From the IMG/VR virus record IMGVR_UViG_3300022916_000006, positions 54,746 to 118,745 of that record: a DNA stretch of 64,000 bases. One strand, written 5' to 3'. The notes below the pieces were generated by a model. The model made no database searches. It was given only the letters and a program-made list of their open reading frames with translations, and was not told the DNA's origin. This document shows, one piece after another, positions 1-11,314 of this stretch. The position numbers and the translations under genes were made by a program. Every line of letters starts with the position of its first letter. Within the stretch, counting starts at the first letter, position 1. The stretch is from a virus.

Positions 1-29
1 TACCAAATGGTGAGTTAAGCTTAATTGAT

Positions 30-1370
30 TTGGATGGTGTATATGATATTTCAGATTACAGTTTGATGAATTCACATAATGCAGAAATCAAACCAAATAC
101 ATTAAAAAAATATATACAACAAAAATGGAGTGATAAATATATGAAGCCAATTAGTTTTATAATACCAAGCAGAACAAATCTAAAATATTTAAAACAAGCA
201 TATAATTCAATAAGACAAAATCTACATCCAATGCATGAAATTTGTATTGCCGATGATGCTTCAACAGATGATACTTGGAAGTGGTTGACTGAAAAAGTCA
301 AAACAGATGTTAATTTAAAATTATATAAAAATGAAGGTCCAGATAGATTAGGTCACACAATATTATATGATACATTGGTGAATGAAATATCAACAAAGGA
401 TATTATCTGTATATTTCATGCTGATATGTATGCATGTAAAGGATTAGATGATGAGTTTATTAAATATCTAAAGCCAAGTGTAGTTGTGTCAGGTACTCGA
501 ATTGAACCACCATTACATCCAGACGGTCCTGAAAAGATAATAAAAGATTTTGGAATAGAACCAGAAGAATTTAAAGAAAGTGAATTAAACGATTTTGTTG
601 AAAATTTAAAAAATCAACATAGAACCAAATTAACAAATGGTATATTTGCACCCTGGGCTATGTATAAAGATGACTTTCAATCAATTCATGGACACGATCC
701 ATTATATGCCCCACAATCAAAAGAAGATTCGGACATCTTTAATAAGATGCATCTTGCTGGATATGATTTTATTCAGACTTGGAATGGTTTTGTATATCAT
801 ATGACATGTCGTGGAAGTAGATTTGCTGATGGTGCAAAGAGAAATCCAAATGGTGAAGTATTTATGAAAAATCGTGAGACTGATGAATGGTTGACTCAGA
901 ATAAAAAATCACATAGAAACTTCATTCGTAAATGGAGCTCAACGGTATTACATGATGCATATTTGAAACCAATAGTAAAGAATAAATATAATATTGGATT
1001 AGTAATATCAAATGCTAACTATGAATTAATTGAAATACTTGAACCATTCTTTGCAACATTATATGTAGATTGTGATTTTAAAATATATGTTGACAATGAA
1101 CAACCAAACACATTATATTCAATGATGGATAGAGTACAGAATATTGATGTTACACCACATAATGATATTGTTGTAGAATTCGATGCATCAAAATTAACAA
1201 ATGAATTGCTCAATGAATTCTTGATAAAATTATCAGATGTGATTGCAGATTCTGGTGAAATTGGTGAGTTCGAATATGAGATATTTAAAATAAAAATAAA
1301 AAGTGTTTCATCATATCAAAAAGATTTATTATATTATGATAACAATATAATCAATAAAAGAGCGTTTTAA
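30..1370 (+). CDS. Glycosyltransferase family 2 (GT-A fold) with C-terminal extension
   Basis: ISFIIP...EICIADDASTDDT and FHADMY motifs. ATG at 141 has GGAG upstream, but the frame is open back to the window edge, so the real start may be 141 or outside the window. Confidence 0.85.
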   Translation: MDGVYDISDYSLMNSHNAEIKPNTLKKYIQQKWSDKYMKPISFIIPSRTNLKYLKQAYNSIRQNLHPMHEICIADDASTDDTWKWLTEKVKTDVNLKLYKNEGPDRLGHTILYDTLVNEISTKDIICIFHADMYACKGLDDEFIKYLKPSVVVSGTRIEPPLHPDGPEKIIKDFGIEPEEFKESELNDFVENLKNQHRTKLTNGIFAPWAMYKDDFQSIHGHDPLYAPQSKEDSDIFNKMHLAGYDFIQTWNGFVYHMTCRGSRFADGAKRNPNGEVFMKNRETDEWLTQNKKSHRNFIRKWSSTVLHDAYLKPIVKNKYNIGLVISNANYELIEILEPFFATLYVDCDFKIYVDNEQPNTLYSMMDRVQNIDVTPHNDIVVEFDASKLTNELLNEFLIKLSDVIADSGEIGEFEYEIFKIKIKSVSSYQKDLLYYDNNIINKRAF

Positions 1371-3566
1371 TGAAATATCCATGTTATATAGTCAAGATGA
1401 AGTCAACCAACAATATGGCGTTTAGTTGTAGTCCAGCATATTTAACCAAAGCATCAACAGGTGTTGTGACTGGTAAAATATGGATAGATTCTAATATTAA
1501 TGATGCTATTAGATTTGAAAGAAACGTAGATATAAAAAACTTACATAAACATGAAATTCCAATTAATTTATCAATATTAGTGGCTAAATATGGCGAACCA
1601 ATGAAAATAAATTCAGAAGCTGAATGGGTAGCAATGATGTTATGAAATATTATATGATATATGATCCAGGTATGAGTGCCACCGAATTAAAATTTGTTTT
1701 TTATAATAGAGCATTGACTGTTTATAAATATACAACTGACTTTAGCAATAGTGATATTGTAGTATCAGATTCTAGAGATAAATTAAATAGTAATAGTGGT
1801 AAACGTTGGGGAAATGTTAAAGTATTTTCTGAAAATGAAATTATACCATATATATTGTAAAACATATGAAATATTATATTATAAGACCCAAGACAGATAT
1901 AAAAAATCCATATATTGCCCAAATGTCTAAGAATGATTATTATGCTACCCGTAATGTTGAAGACATTGTATCATTTAAAACCAAGTCTGAAGCTCAAAGA
2001 GTGATAGCACATGAAAGTATGAGGTATCCTGAGTTCTGGTGTGATGCTTATGTGATAGATGAAAATGAACTGATACCCCATCTGTTATGAAATATTATAT
2101 TATACGAATAAGTGATAATGAAAACCATTACAAATATGTTATGACAAGTGGATCAGGGTTACATTATGGGGCATCACCAGACTATACAAGGATAACAGCA
2201 TTCAAGTCCAAAACACAAGCACAAAACATAATAACTGCAGGCTGTAAACGTGATATGAATTTTTGGCATGATATGGTGGTAGTAAATGAGAATGAATTGG
2301 TTGCACATATTTTATGAAACGTTATTATATTGTATGGAAATATGTTGATATTGATAAGAGTTCAGTTGGAAATTGGCTCTGGCATTATGCTTACATGCGT
2401 AAGTATGTAATTGATGATGAACATGATGTTTTTTATTGGACATTTAATATAAATGAAGCACGGGTTTTTAATTATAAACTTTATGCTAAATGGTACATGT
2501 GGAGTCGAAAACGAACAGCTCATATGTGTATATTATCAGAACAAGAATTAGTATTGAAATTATTATGAACAAATATTATATTGTATATCGTGTTAGTAGC
2601 TCAAATGAGTACGTATATAGAGGATCGAATGGGTGGTTGAGTACAACAAATGATAGAAAAATTATACCATATGAATCATATGAACATGCTATGGTGGATT
2701 ATGTTGGGTTGCATTGGGATATAGCGGATAACACATCAATAATGGATGAAATTGAATTGCTTGCTAAATTATTATGAACAAAACGCTCAAACCAAGAATA
2801 TATCCATATTATGTATTAAGATTAAAAGATGGTAAAAAAGGATATGCATCTCAAGTACATCATCGTAAAACATCTCACATATTTAGACGACAATTTGGAT
2901 CATTTAAACAAACAGTCAAGCGACCTAAGATAATACATTCAGTGGATATGTTGGAAGCTCATAAATTTAAAACCTTTATTGAAGCATATGCTATGTGCAA
3001 TATTAGTGTGAAATGGACCAATGAAGATAGTTTATATGATATAATTAAAATATCAGATGAAGCATGTGAAATGGTATATTTATTATGAAACATTATATAA
3101 TATATAAAGATGAAAGAGATAGTGGATATGTTCAATATGATATTACGGCAAATTCTTATGAATTAACTAAAAATATTAATAATATTATTGGATTTGATTC
3201 CAAAAGAAAAGCACAATTTATGATTACAGAGAGAATTAATTATTGTATTAAGCGTGGGTATAATTATCACTTCTGGAGTTATGTAACAATAGTGACAGAA
3301 AGTGAATTGGTTGCATATTTATTATGAAATATTATATTATAGCAATAAAGGGTGATACAACATATTACAGATCATATTTCTTAAGGAGACATGAAGATAT
3401 ATATTCATACTGGTCAATAAAATTTAAAAAAGCAATAGAATTTATATCTAGGGATGAAGCAACTAAGTTTACAAAAACTCATAGCTATAAATATACAGTT
3501 GGTGTACCATCTATGAGTGATCTTAAAATTGTATCAGAAACTGAATTAGTTGCATATTTATTATAG
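1370..3566 (+). other. MKYY...ELVAYLL family block 1 (9 CDS: 1370-1645, 1642-1860, 1866-2090, 2087-2317, 2314-2568, 2565-2777, 2774-3088, 3085-3327, 3324-3566)
   Basis: Shared N- and C-terminal motifs and ATGA overlaps; starts 1642 and 2565 corrected from the ORF track. Confidence 0.9.
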
Positions 3567-3601
3567 TGTAAGAGAATAACATATGAATAAGGAAAATTAA
3601 A

Positions 3602-3748
3602 ATGACAAAGGTGGATTACAATGCCTTTGATGATGATAAGAATGACGGCTTTAAAAAAAGCAAGAAGCGCATCAAACGAATAAAAAAACGAAAAAGTGGC
3701 TATGATAAGAAATCATCAGATCACAGAAAAAACAAACCAAAGAGGTAA
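3602..3748 (+). CDS. Small basic protein (48 aa, Lys/Arg-rich)
   Basis: AAGGA RBS; MTKVDYNAFDDDKNDGFKKSKKRIKRIKKRK...; below the ORF-track cutoff. Confidence 0.55.
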   Translation: MTKVDYNAFDDDKNDGFKKSKKRIKRIKKRKSGYDKKSSDHRKNKPKR

Positions 3749-3753
3749 GTTAC

Positions 3754-3978
3754 ATGTTGGATTTTTCAAGAATGATAGCATTTGTTGAAAATGGTGTAAA
3801 GAAGATAAAATTACCAAAATTATGCGTAATTGGAATTCATAAATTTTCAAAGTGGGAAATTGTGGACGAAGGTGATCGTATTAATAATATATCAAAAGCA
3901 CCAATTGGCAGATATATAGAACAAAAAAAAGAATGCCCAAAATGTGGTATAGTAAAACTTAGAATAGAACTTTCTTAA
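3754..3978 (+). CDS. Small Zn-binding protein (C-x3-H...CxxC), paralog of 40650-40949
   Basis: LCVIGIHKFSKWE...CPKCG matches FCKIGVHSWDKWE...CSSCG; GAGG RBS. Confidence 0.7.
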   Translation: MLDFSRMIAFVENGVKKIKLPKLCVIGIHKFSKWEIVDEGDRINNISKAPIGRYIEQKKECPKCGIVKLRIELS

Positions 3979-4006
3979 ATAAAACAAAAAAAGGATATAT
4001 AATTAT

Positions 4007-4219
4007 ATGGAAAATGATGCAGTAGATGTCGGTCAAGTAGACTGGGAAAAAGAGAGATTTGGAATGGTGGATGAATCAACAATATTTTGGTTAAAACCAA
4101 GAGTTGGGCACTTAGAACCATCATTTAGAAAATTAGATGATAATCATGCAATGAATTTAAGGAGTAGAGCTACGATACTATTACAGTATGATTCTACAAT
4201 ATATCTGAAAGAATATTAA
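4007..4219 (+). CDS. Hypothetical protein
   Basis: AAGGA RBS, in operon. Confidence 0.7.
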   Translation: MENDAVDVGQVDWEKERFGMVDESTIFWLKPRVGHLEPSFRKLDDNHAMNLRSRATILLQYDSTIYLKEY

Positions 4220-4222
4220 ACA

Positions 4223-4753
4223 ATGTGTGATAATGGAGAAAAATTAAAACCAACGTTATTACCAATAAAATTACCAAATAAGCATCTACCATTAACCAAA
4301 GAGTTAATATTAGAAGCTCAAAGGCATACAAAATCTGGTGGAGCAGCCGCTAGATTTCTTGGTGTTCATATTGTCACATATACAAAATATGCAAGAATAT
4401 ATGGAATATATGAATCACATAAAAATCAAAGTGGATTTGGAATTAGAAAAGGTAGAGCCGCACCAAAATTTGAAATGAGTAGAATATTCGATGGTGAACG
4501 ACCACATAGATTTAATTGGAGATATTTTAAACGTAGATTGGTTGAAGAAGGATATTTCAAAGAAGAATGTGGTATATGTGGATTCAATGAGATCAATTTA
4601 AATTCAGGTAGAGTGTGTCTTCATGTTGATACTGTGAATGGTGATCGTACTGATTTAGCATATGATAATGTAAGATTATTATGTCTTAATTGCTACGTGT
4701 CAAATAATGGATATTTACCAGCATCACCATTAAAGATATTTTGTGGTTGGTAA
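4223..4753 (+). CDS. HNH-endonuclease-like protein, catalytic His apparently replaced
   Basis: CGICG...LHVDTVNGDRTDLAYDNVRLLCLNCY follows the HNH/Zn scaffold; N-terminal HTH-like segment. Confidence 0.7.
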   Translation: MCDNGEKLKPTLLPIKLPNKHLPLTKELILEAQRHTKSGGAAARFLGVHIVTYTKYARIYGIYESHKNQSGFGIRKGRAAPKFEMSRIFDGERPHRFNWRYFKRRLVEEGYFKEECGICGFNEINLNSGRVCLHVDTVNGDRTDLAYDNVRLLCLNCYVSNNGYLPASPLKIFCGW

Positions 4754-4936
4754 ATGTTTAAAATCAATGATATGGTGCGAATTAAAATTGATGTATATAT
4801 AAATAAGAAAAGAGTTTTAAAGTATGGTGATTTAGTTGTAATATTAGGTATGGGATATCCAGATAAAGATTTATGTGTGGGTACCAGTGACGATAGAATA
4901 TATTATATTGATGATTACCAAGTAGAAGAAGAATGA
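4754..4936 (+). CDS. Hypothetical protein (small beta-rich)
   Basis: Starts directly after the upstream stop; FKINDMVRIK...GDLVVI pattern. Confidence 0.65.
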   Translation: MFKINDMVRIKIDVYINKKRVLKYGDLVVILGMGYPDKDLCVGTSDDRIYYIDDYQVEEE

Positions 4937-4945
4937 GAAAGAAAA

Positions 4946-5320
4946 ATGATAAAGTTACAATTAGAGACTATTAGAAATATAATTCAACATTATGATGTGG
5001 AATGTTCTGTGATCATCACATCCAATGCAGATTTCTATGCTATGTACAATGTGGACACAAACACTATTACGATATCGAGAGATGATAATAACTCAATAGC
5101 CAGATTAGTGAAATCACTATTGCATGAAATTCAACATGCAATCACTGCTAAAGAACTTGGTAAAGAAAAATATAAAATTGATTATGAATTGGAAATGGAA
5201 GTGTTAATGCAAAAAGGATACTCTCATGAAAAAGCATATAAAAATAATAAATATGAGAAGATTGCCAACAAGTTTGCAAAAGATAATTTAAAAAAAATAA
5301 AAAAGTTGTTTTTTTATTGA
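4946..5320 (+). CDS. Zincin-like metallopeptidase-motif protein
   Basis: LLHEIQHA (HExxH) with a downstream Glu (YEKIANKFA). Confidence 0.7.
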   Translation: MIKLQLETIRNIIQHYDVECSVIITSNADFYAMYNVDTNTITISRDDNNSIARLVKSLLHEIQHAITAKELGKEKYKIDYELEMEVLMQKGYSHEKAYKNNKYEKIANKFAKDNLKKIKKLFFY

Positions 5321-5340
5321 GTAAATATGTTATAACTTTC
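5306..5340 (+). promoter_or_regulatory. Class A promoter upstream of AAA+ gene
   Basis: TAACTTTC at 5333-5340 with an upstream GTTGTTT tract. Confidence 0.5.
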
Positions 5341-5398
5341 ATTGCATGAAAAATTGAATAAAGATAAAATAGAGTTTTAAACAAAAAAGGAACCGTAA

Positions 5399-6526
5399 AT
5401 GAGAATAATCAAAACGACTGAATATGCTACCATACTGGAATTGTGCTACACTGCAAAACAGCCACTATTTATACAAGGTGGACCTGGAGTTGGTAAGAGT
5501 GAAATTCCACGACAAGTATTTTCTGAAATCGCTAAACGAGATAAACTTGAATTTGTCGAATGGGACAAATGCTCAAATGAGAAGAAGGCTAATTTATTTG
5601 TTAATCCAGATAAATATTTTGTATTTTGTGATCAGAGATTATCACAAATGGATACGACTGATTTAGGTGGGCTACCAATGCCAAGTGAAGCAAAAGATCG
5701 ACTGTTGAAAATTCCACAAGCGTGGATTGTTTATTTTTGTGATCAAAAATCAAATGGTGTTATTTTCTTTGATGAAATTAACTTAGCACCACCTGTTGTT
5801 ACTGGATCAGCATATCAGATCATTCTTGATAGATCAATGTCTGACATGAAATTATCCGATAATGTTTATGTGATGGCTGCTGGAAATAGATCAGAAGATC
5901 AAGCGTTCACACATCAAATGCCATTGCCACTACGTGACCGATTTAATGAAATTGAAATACGACCTGATAAGAAATCTTGGGTTAGTTGGGCATCTAAAAA
6001 TGGTGTGAATCCTCACTTGATTGCATTCATTAACTGGAAAGAAAGTTATCTATACAAAGTTGATCAAAACGCATCAAATAAAAGTGTAACTCCTCGTGGT
6101 ATTGTTCGGGCATCACATTTGCTTGGTGATTTGAATTTCTTGGGAAGTGTATCGAATACAAAGAAAGCAAGATTGTATCTTGATATTTCTGTTGGTGAAG
6201 GATTCTCACAAGAGTTCATGGCTTACATCAAATATTACAAAAAACTCAAATGGGATACTATTTACAAAAACCCAAAAGAAGCACTTGCTAAACTTGAACG
6301 AAATGAAATCTTTGCTGTTACTGGTGGATTGATTGAACATTACATGGGAACTAAATACAGCACTGATCAAATCATCAATGTCATTAAGTACTTGGGATCA
6401 GAATTCTCAATCATGACACTACGAATGATTAAAGATACTGATGAAGCTAAATTTATGAAAGTTGCATTGAAGAATAAAACTTTCATCTCTGAAATCACTG
6501 ACGATATTAAAAAATACTTACTATAA
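5399..6526 (+). CDS. MoxR-type AAA+ ATPase
   Basis: Walker A GGPGVGKS, Walker B IFFDEIN, AAGN sensor, LRDRF arginine finger. Confidence 0.9.
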   Translation: MRIIKTTEYATILELCYTAKQPLFIQGGPGVGKSEIPRQVFSEIAKRDKLEFVEWDKCSNEKKANLFVNPDKYFVFCDQRLSQMDTTDLGGLPMPSEAKDRLLKIPQAWIVYFCDQKSNGVIFFDEINLAPPVVTGSAYQIILDRSMSDMKLSDNVYVMAAGNRSEDQAFTHQMPLPLRDRFNEIEIRPDKKSWVSWASKNGVNPHLIAFINWKESYLYKVDQNASNKSVTPRGIVRASHLLGDLNFLGSVSNTKKARLYLDISVGEGFSQEFMAYIKYYKKLKWDTIYKNPKEALAKLERNEIFAVTGGLIEHYMGTKYSTDQIINVIKYLGSEFSIMTLRMIKDTDEAKFMKVALKNKTFISEITDDIKKYLL

Positions 6527-6559
6527 ATTTTAATATCAAAAAGCAAAAAGGAGAAGTGA

Positions 6560-7855
6560 GTGAGTAGTAATAATACAAGTCACACGTTAAATGCTGAAGA
6601 CAGATTGCTTCGTGGTAAAATTAAACTACAACGTGAACAGCCATTTTATGCATATCTATTACTGGGGTTGGAATGTGTTAAAAACAATAAAATTCCAACT
6701 GCTGGTGTTGATATGGGAAGACACATGTATTACAATGAGAAGTGGGTTCAAAACTTATCTGATGAACATTTAAAGTTTGTCCTATGTCATGAAATCTTAC
6801 ATGTTGTGTTGTGTCATTTGATTCGTGGTGGAACTAGAAAACATCGTTTATTTAATATTGCGGCTGATATAGTTATAAATGCTATGTTGGTTGAAGATGG
6901 ATTTTCTACACCACCAGACGTAATTCAAATTGTTGATAACAGATGGGAATACAAAGACGCAAAAGGCAAAAAACATTACATTGACAAGTGCTCAGAAAAA
7001 TCATCAGAAGAAGTATATGATGAACTTCAAAAGATTTCTGAAGATATGGATGAACGAGATGCACATTATAAATGTGATGGTAATTGTCAACCTGGTGATG
7101 GTGATGGTCAGTGTAAAGGTGGTGGTGAATGTACTTGTGGTAATGAATTTGGTGATGTTGATCAATTTGATGAACACATGAGAGAATCAGGAATGTCACA
7201 AGATGAAATCGATGAAGCCAAAGAGGAGTTCAGAAGACAAATGGTTGAAGCCGCTACCCATGCAAAAAGTAGAGGCAACATGCCAGGATCAATGAAACGA
7301 ATCTTAGATGATTTGTTAAACCCTCAACTTGATTGGAAAACATTATTATATAATTATATCACAAAAGATATAATATATGATTTCACAATGAAACGCCCAG
7401 GTAGAAGAAGCTTTGCGGCAGGAGTATATCTACCAACCGTATTGAGAGAAAATCTTGATATTGATATTACAATTGATACATCTGGTTCAATTGGTGCAGA
7501 AGAATATAAGTCATTCATGAGTGAAGTGATTGGTATTGCAAATGCATTTGAAAGTATCAAAATGAACATTATCTTTTGGGATACTCAAGTTAGAGAACCA
7601 ATTGAAAAAGTTACAATGGGAAACAAAGAGCATTTGTTAAAAATGACACCAAAAGGTGGTGGTGGAACTACAATGTCATGTCTTGGTAAATACTATGAAG
7701 GTAAACAATTACCAAAATTGATTGTCACCCTAACAGACGGATATGTTGAATGTAATCCTAAATTACCAATGGGTGTACAACATCTGTTTGTGCTATCAAA
7801 AGATAGCTCAGATGAACAGCTTAAAGGTCTTGGAGTCATAACCAAGTTAAAATGA
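6560..7855 (+). CDS. HExxH metallopeptidase-motif plus vWA domain protein (DUF2201-like)
   Basis: HEILHV; MIDAS IDTSGS; GGGGT; LTDGY; GTG start with AAGGAG RBS; adjacent to the AAA+ gene. Confidence 0.85.
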   Translation: MSSNNTSHTLNAEDRLLRGKIKLQREQPFYAYLLLGLECVKNNKIPTAGVDMGRHMYYNEKWVQNLSDEHLKFVLCHEILHVVLCHLIRGGTRKHRLFNIAADIVINAMLVEDGFSTPPDVIQIVDNRWEYKDAKGKKHYIDKCSEKSSEEVYDELQKISEDMDERDAHYKCDGNCQPGDGDGQCKGGGECTCGNEFGDVDQFDEHMRESGMSQDEIDEAKEEFRRQMVEAATHAKSRGNMPGSMKRILDDLLNPQLDWKTLLYNYITKDIIYDFTMKRPGRRSFAAGVYLPTVLRENLDIDITIDTSGSIGAEEYKSFMSEVIGIANAFESIKMNIIFWDTQVREPIEKVTMGNKEHLLKMTPKGGGGTTMSCLGKYYEGKQLPKLIVTLTDGYVECNPKLPMGVQHLFVLSKDSSDEQLKGLGVITKLK

Positions 7856-8208
7856 GCAAGTCAGATAAAAACAAAAATGATAATAAAACAAGATCATCAG
7901 GAACACCACCTGATGATCTTCTTCAACATATATTAAATTCTAAAACTACAGAATTGGATGATATTATCCTGCAATTACTGGGCACTGGAAAAATGAAAGA
8001 TGATGATGAATTCTTTACTGTGTCGGATATTAATGTAGAACAATTTACACTTGATGAAATTTTAGTCATGATAAAAGAGACATTACAAATAACATATGAT
8101 ACATCAAATAATGTAGTCAATATTAGTTTTAAAGGTGTTGATGCAAACAAATTCAACAAACAAATTCAACAAAAATTAACAGCAGGTGCAGTGACTGATA
8201 AATTATAA
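7852..8208 (+). CDS. Hypothetical protein
   Basis: Overlaps the upstream stop. Confidence 0.7.
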   Translation: MSKSDKNKNDNKTRSSGTPPDDLLQHILNSKTTELDDIILQLLGTGKMKDDDEFFTVSDINVEQFTLDEILVMIKETLQITYDTSNNVVNISFKGVDANKFNKQIQQKLTAGAVTDKL

Positions 8209-8219
8209 TATAAAATTAC

Positions 8220-8251
8220 TTGATAGATGTTATGATTTAATCGTAATTTTA
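8220..8251 (+). promoter_or_regulatory. Class A promoter
   Basis: TTG-N21-TAATTTTA followed by AGTAGTTATGA. Confidence 0.65.
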
Positions 8252-8294
8252 AGTAGTTATGACAGATAAGAATTAAACAAAGGATAAAAATAAA

Positions 8295-8498
8295 ATGAAT
8301 GAAATCACAGTACATTATTGGCATGGTACAAAATATGAAGATATCAATTTTAATCATGGAGCAGTGTTTCCGTATACAGTTCGCAAACGAAATCAAATTA
8401 TTAATGCAGTTCAAAATGCTGGAAAATCAATCATGTTAAGACCATCTGGTGATAGCTTACAGATATGGATTGATGATGGTATGTTTAGGCAGAGGTAG
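8295..8498 (+). CDS. Hypothetical protein
   Basis: AAGGA RBS, first gene after the promoter. Confidence 0.7.
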   Translation: MNEITVHYWHGTKYEDINFNHGAVFPYTVRKRNQIINAVQNAGKSIMLRPSGDSLQIWIDDGMFRQR

Positions 8499-8501
8499 AT
8501 T

Positions 8502-8936
8502 ATGAAAAACGATATAAGAAATGCCACAAGAGGAACACCATCAGAGATTAAACTGGTGCTATATACTCAACTTGGTATTATCGGATTATTGATGCTTGTT
8601 ATATTTAAAATATCTGGTATTTTTACTGTTATATTTGGTGCAATAAGTGTGTATATGGCGTTCGATGCATTGGTAATAATCATTAATGCAATATCTCAAA
8701 ATAAAACAACTCCATCACATTCTAAAAATATATTTGATGATAGAGTTAGAGACTGTTATACTACAGGCATATCTAATAATACATTTTGGGTTATGACTTG
8801 GAGTAAAGTATTTATACTTCTATTTGCTGGTTGGTATTTTTATGCTGTTCTATGGTTAATCATTGGATGGGTGCATACTGAAGTTCGAAATACTGCAATT
8901 GAAAAATATGTCACAAAAACAAATAAAGGTAAATGA
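8502..8936 (+). CDS. Membrane protein
   Basis: Three to four hydrophobic segments; GAGG RBS. Confidence 0.7.
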   Translation: MKNDIRNATRGTPSEIKLVLYTQLGIIGLLMLVIFKISGIFTVIFGAISVYMAFDALVIIINAISQNKTTPSHSKNIFDDRVRDCYTTGISNNTFWVMTWSKVFILLFAGWYFYAVLWLIIGWVHTEVRNTAIEKYVTKTNKGK

Positions 8937-8940
8937 TATT

Positions 8941-9363
8941 ATGAAAGCTCGCTTAGTAACAAATCACGCTGTAGATTTTATATTAACTGCATTATTAATA
9001 ACATTAATTGGTGCATTTGTGATATCAATGTTTGCTGGTGATCCAGATGATTCTGTATATGCTAATAGTCCTGAAACCATTTTACAACCAACAACACCAA
9101 CAGATGTAAATGTGGTCACATATGATATGTCAATTGAAGTGACAAGACATAATGGTGATGTTGATACATTATCATATTCACATAGTACTAATAAATTATG
9201 GATTGATGGAAAAGGTGATCGTACATATTTAATGACATCATATCCAGAATCAGAAATTAACATTAAATACAATACTGATGAAAATGGTAAAACTGATACT
9301 TTATATTATGATCGAGTAGTATCATATGATGTTAAATCATATAGGATTCTATCAGCTGAATGA
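8941..9363 (+). CDS. Signal-anchored protein (GDxDT-motif family)
   Basis: N-terminal TM; IEVTRHNGDVDTLSY; start corrected to MKARL. Confidence 0.7.
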   Translation: MKARLVTNHAVDFILTALLITLIGAFVISMFAGDPDDSVYANSPETILQPTTPTDVNVVTYDMSIEVTRHNGDVDTLSYSHSTNKLWIDGKGDRTYLMTSYPESEINIKYNTDENGKTDTLYYDRVVSYDVKSYRILSAE

Positions 9364-11231
9364 TACGTTATTATATTTTAGGAACCCATATTAATGGTAA
9401 TGCTCCTGCTGGTATATATCTTGGTGATAACTTTTCAAGAGATACATATGGTAATGGAATAAGATGGAGTAAATTATCAACATGCCCATCTACTGTAGGT
9501 GATGTATCATTTAGTGCTGGATCATATCATATATTTAAAAATGAACATACAGCACAACAAAAATTAAATATGTTATTAAAACAAAAAAAGTTGAATATAG
9601 ATGCTTATAGTTTTAAAGTTATTTCAGACTCAGAGATGGTAGCATTAATATTATGAAATCTAAAAAATATTATATCGTAGACGTTGATAATGAAGCAAAT
9701 ATGACTGATATGAGTATGTTGTATGAAGTATATTATTATAAGAAATTACCATTCCCTACAAATAAGAACACTCCAATATTATACAGTAGTACATGGAGTA
9801 GTTGGCAATATGGTTATCGTATAAATAAATCAGACATATTTAATAGATCGATGGAATTGGATTCAAAAAAGAAAGCTGAGTTTTTAATAAACGAATTGAA
9901 AAAATTACAAGAGAATTTTGGTAAGAATATTGTTGCAATGTCAAGAGAGGACATTGAACTTAGATTGGTGATAGACGAATTATGAAATCTGAAAAATATT
10001 ATATTGTATCTCAATTTATTGGTGATGCGTCTGCTATGGGATTTAATGGCGAATTTGATCGTATAGCTTGTTACGTTAATACAACAGCAACTTGGACTGG
10101 TAAGCTAAAGGACGCTAAACATTTCAATTCGAAAGATGAGGCTCAAAAATATTATGATGATGTTATAACAATGCCAGATGGATATATTGATCATATATTA
10201 AATACAGATGAAATTGAAGCCCTTAAAATAGCTGTAGAATTATGAAATGGTATGTATTCAATACGGGAGAATATGGTGAAGAAGATACTTATCGTGAAAT
10301 ATTTCTACATACTGGCAATGTTAATCTTAGTAGTGGATGGAGATGTCTACAATCTGTAATTGATGTGGATGGCATTTATCACTGTGAATTTAAAACAAAA
10401 GAAGACGCAATTGAGGCAATGGAAAATGCCACAGACAAACTACCAAGTGATATAGTTATTAATGGGTCAGAGTTAATGGTATATGTATTATGAAATGGTA
10501 TATTTTATGGAAACATGATGCGAGTGATATAACAGTTTTCGTTCGCAAAGTTGAAGACTTCAATAAAAGAAATAATCTATATTCAATAACTATGGAAATT
10601 GAAGACGCTCTAGTATTTGATACTGAGAATGATGCTCTTGATAATTTAGAGATAATGTGCGATGATAAAAATACAATTGGATATGAAGTAGTATCTGAAA
10701 CTAAATTGATTGCTATGATGTTATGAAGTGGTATGTAGTTAATTCTGGGCGTTATTTTACTTACAAGGGGAAGCCAAAGATTGAAATACTTGTACACACT
10801 TTCAATATTAGGAATGGAACTGAAATTGGTTGGCAAGAGATTGAAGATATAGTTGATTTTGATGAGTGTGCTTTTAAAACAAAAGCTGAAGCAACTAATG
10901 CTAAAGCAACCAATACATATAAACAATCAAGTGATCTTGTCGTTAATGAATATGGATTGGTTGCATTTTTATTATGAAATGTTATATCATATATTACTCA
11001 CCTACTACGTTAGATATTGTTTCTTATAATAATAATAGCGAATATAAGAATGTCTTACAATGGGAAGCATATATAGGGTCAGGAGCTAAACATAGTATTA
11101 ATCCAAGGCCATATTTATTTAAAACCAAAGCTGAAGCTAAATTATGGTATAATGATAGAAGTAAAAATGAAAATAAATTAATGAACGATAAAATCATATC
11201 AGAAAAAGAATTAATGTTTTATTTATTATGA
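9360..11231 (+). other. MKYY family block 2 (7 CDS: 9360-9656, 9653-9985, 9982-10245, 10242-10493, 10490-10726, 10723-10977, 10974-11231)
   Basis: Shared motifs, ATGA overlaps. Confidence 0.9.
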
Positions 11232-11244
11232 ATGATAATAAAAA

Positions 11245-11278
11245 TGTTTCATTGTATTATGTTTTATTCTTAAATTTA
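11245..11278 (+). promoter_or_regulatory. Class A promoter
   Basis: TGTTT-N21-TAAATTTA, then an A/C-rich leader ending AGGAAACACACATG. Confidence 0.6.
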
Positions 11279-11314
11279 AGTAGTTAAGAAATGACAAAAA
11301 CAAAGGAAACACAC

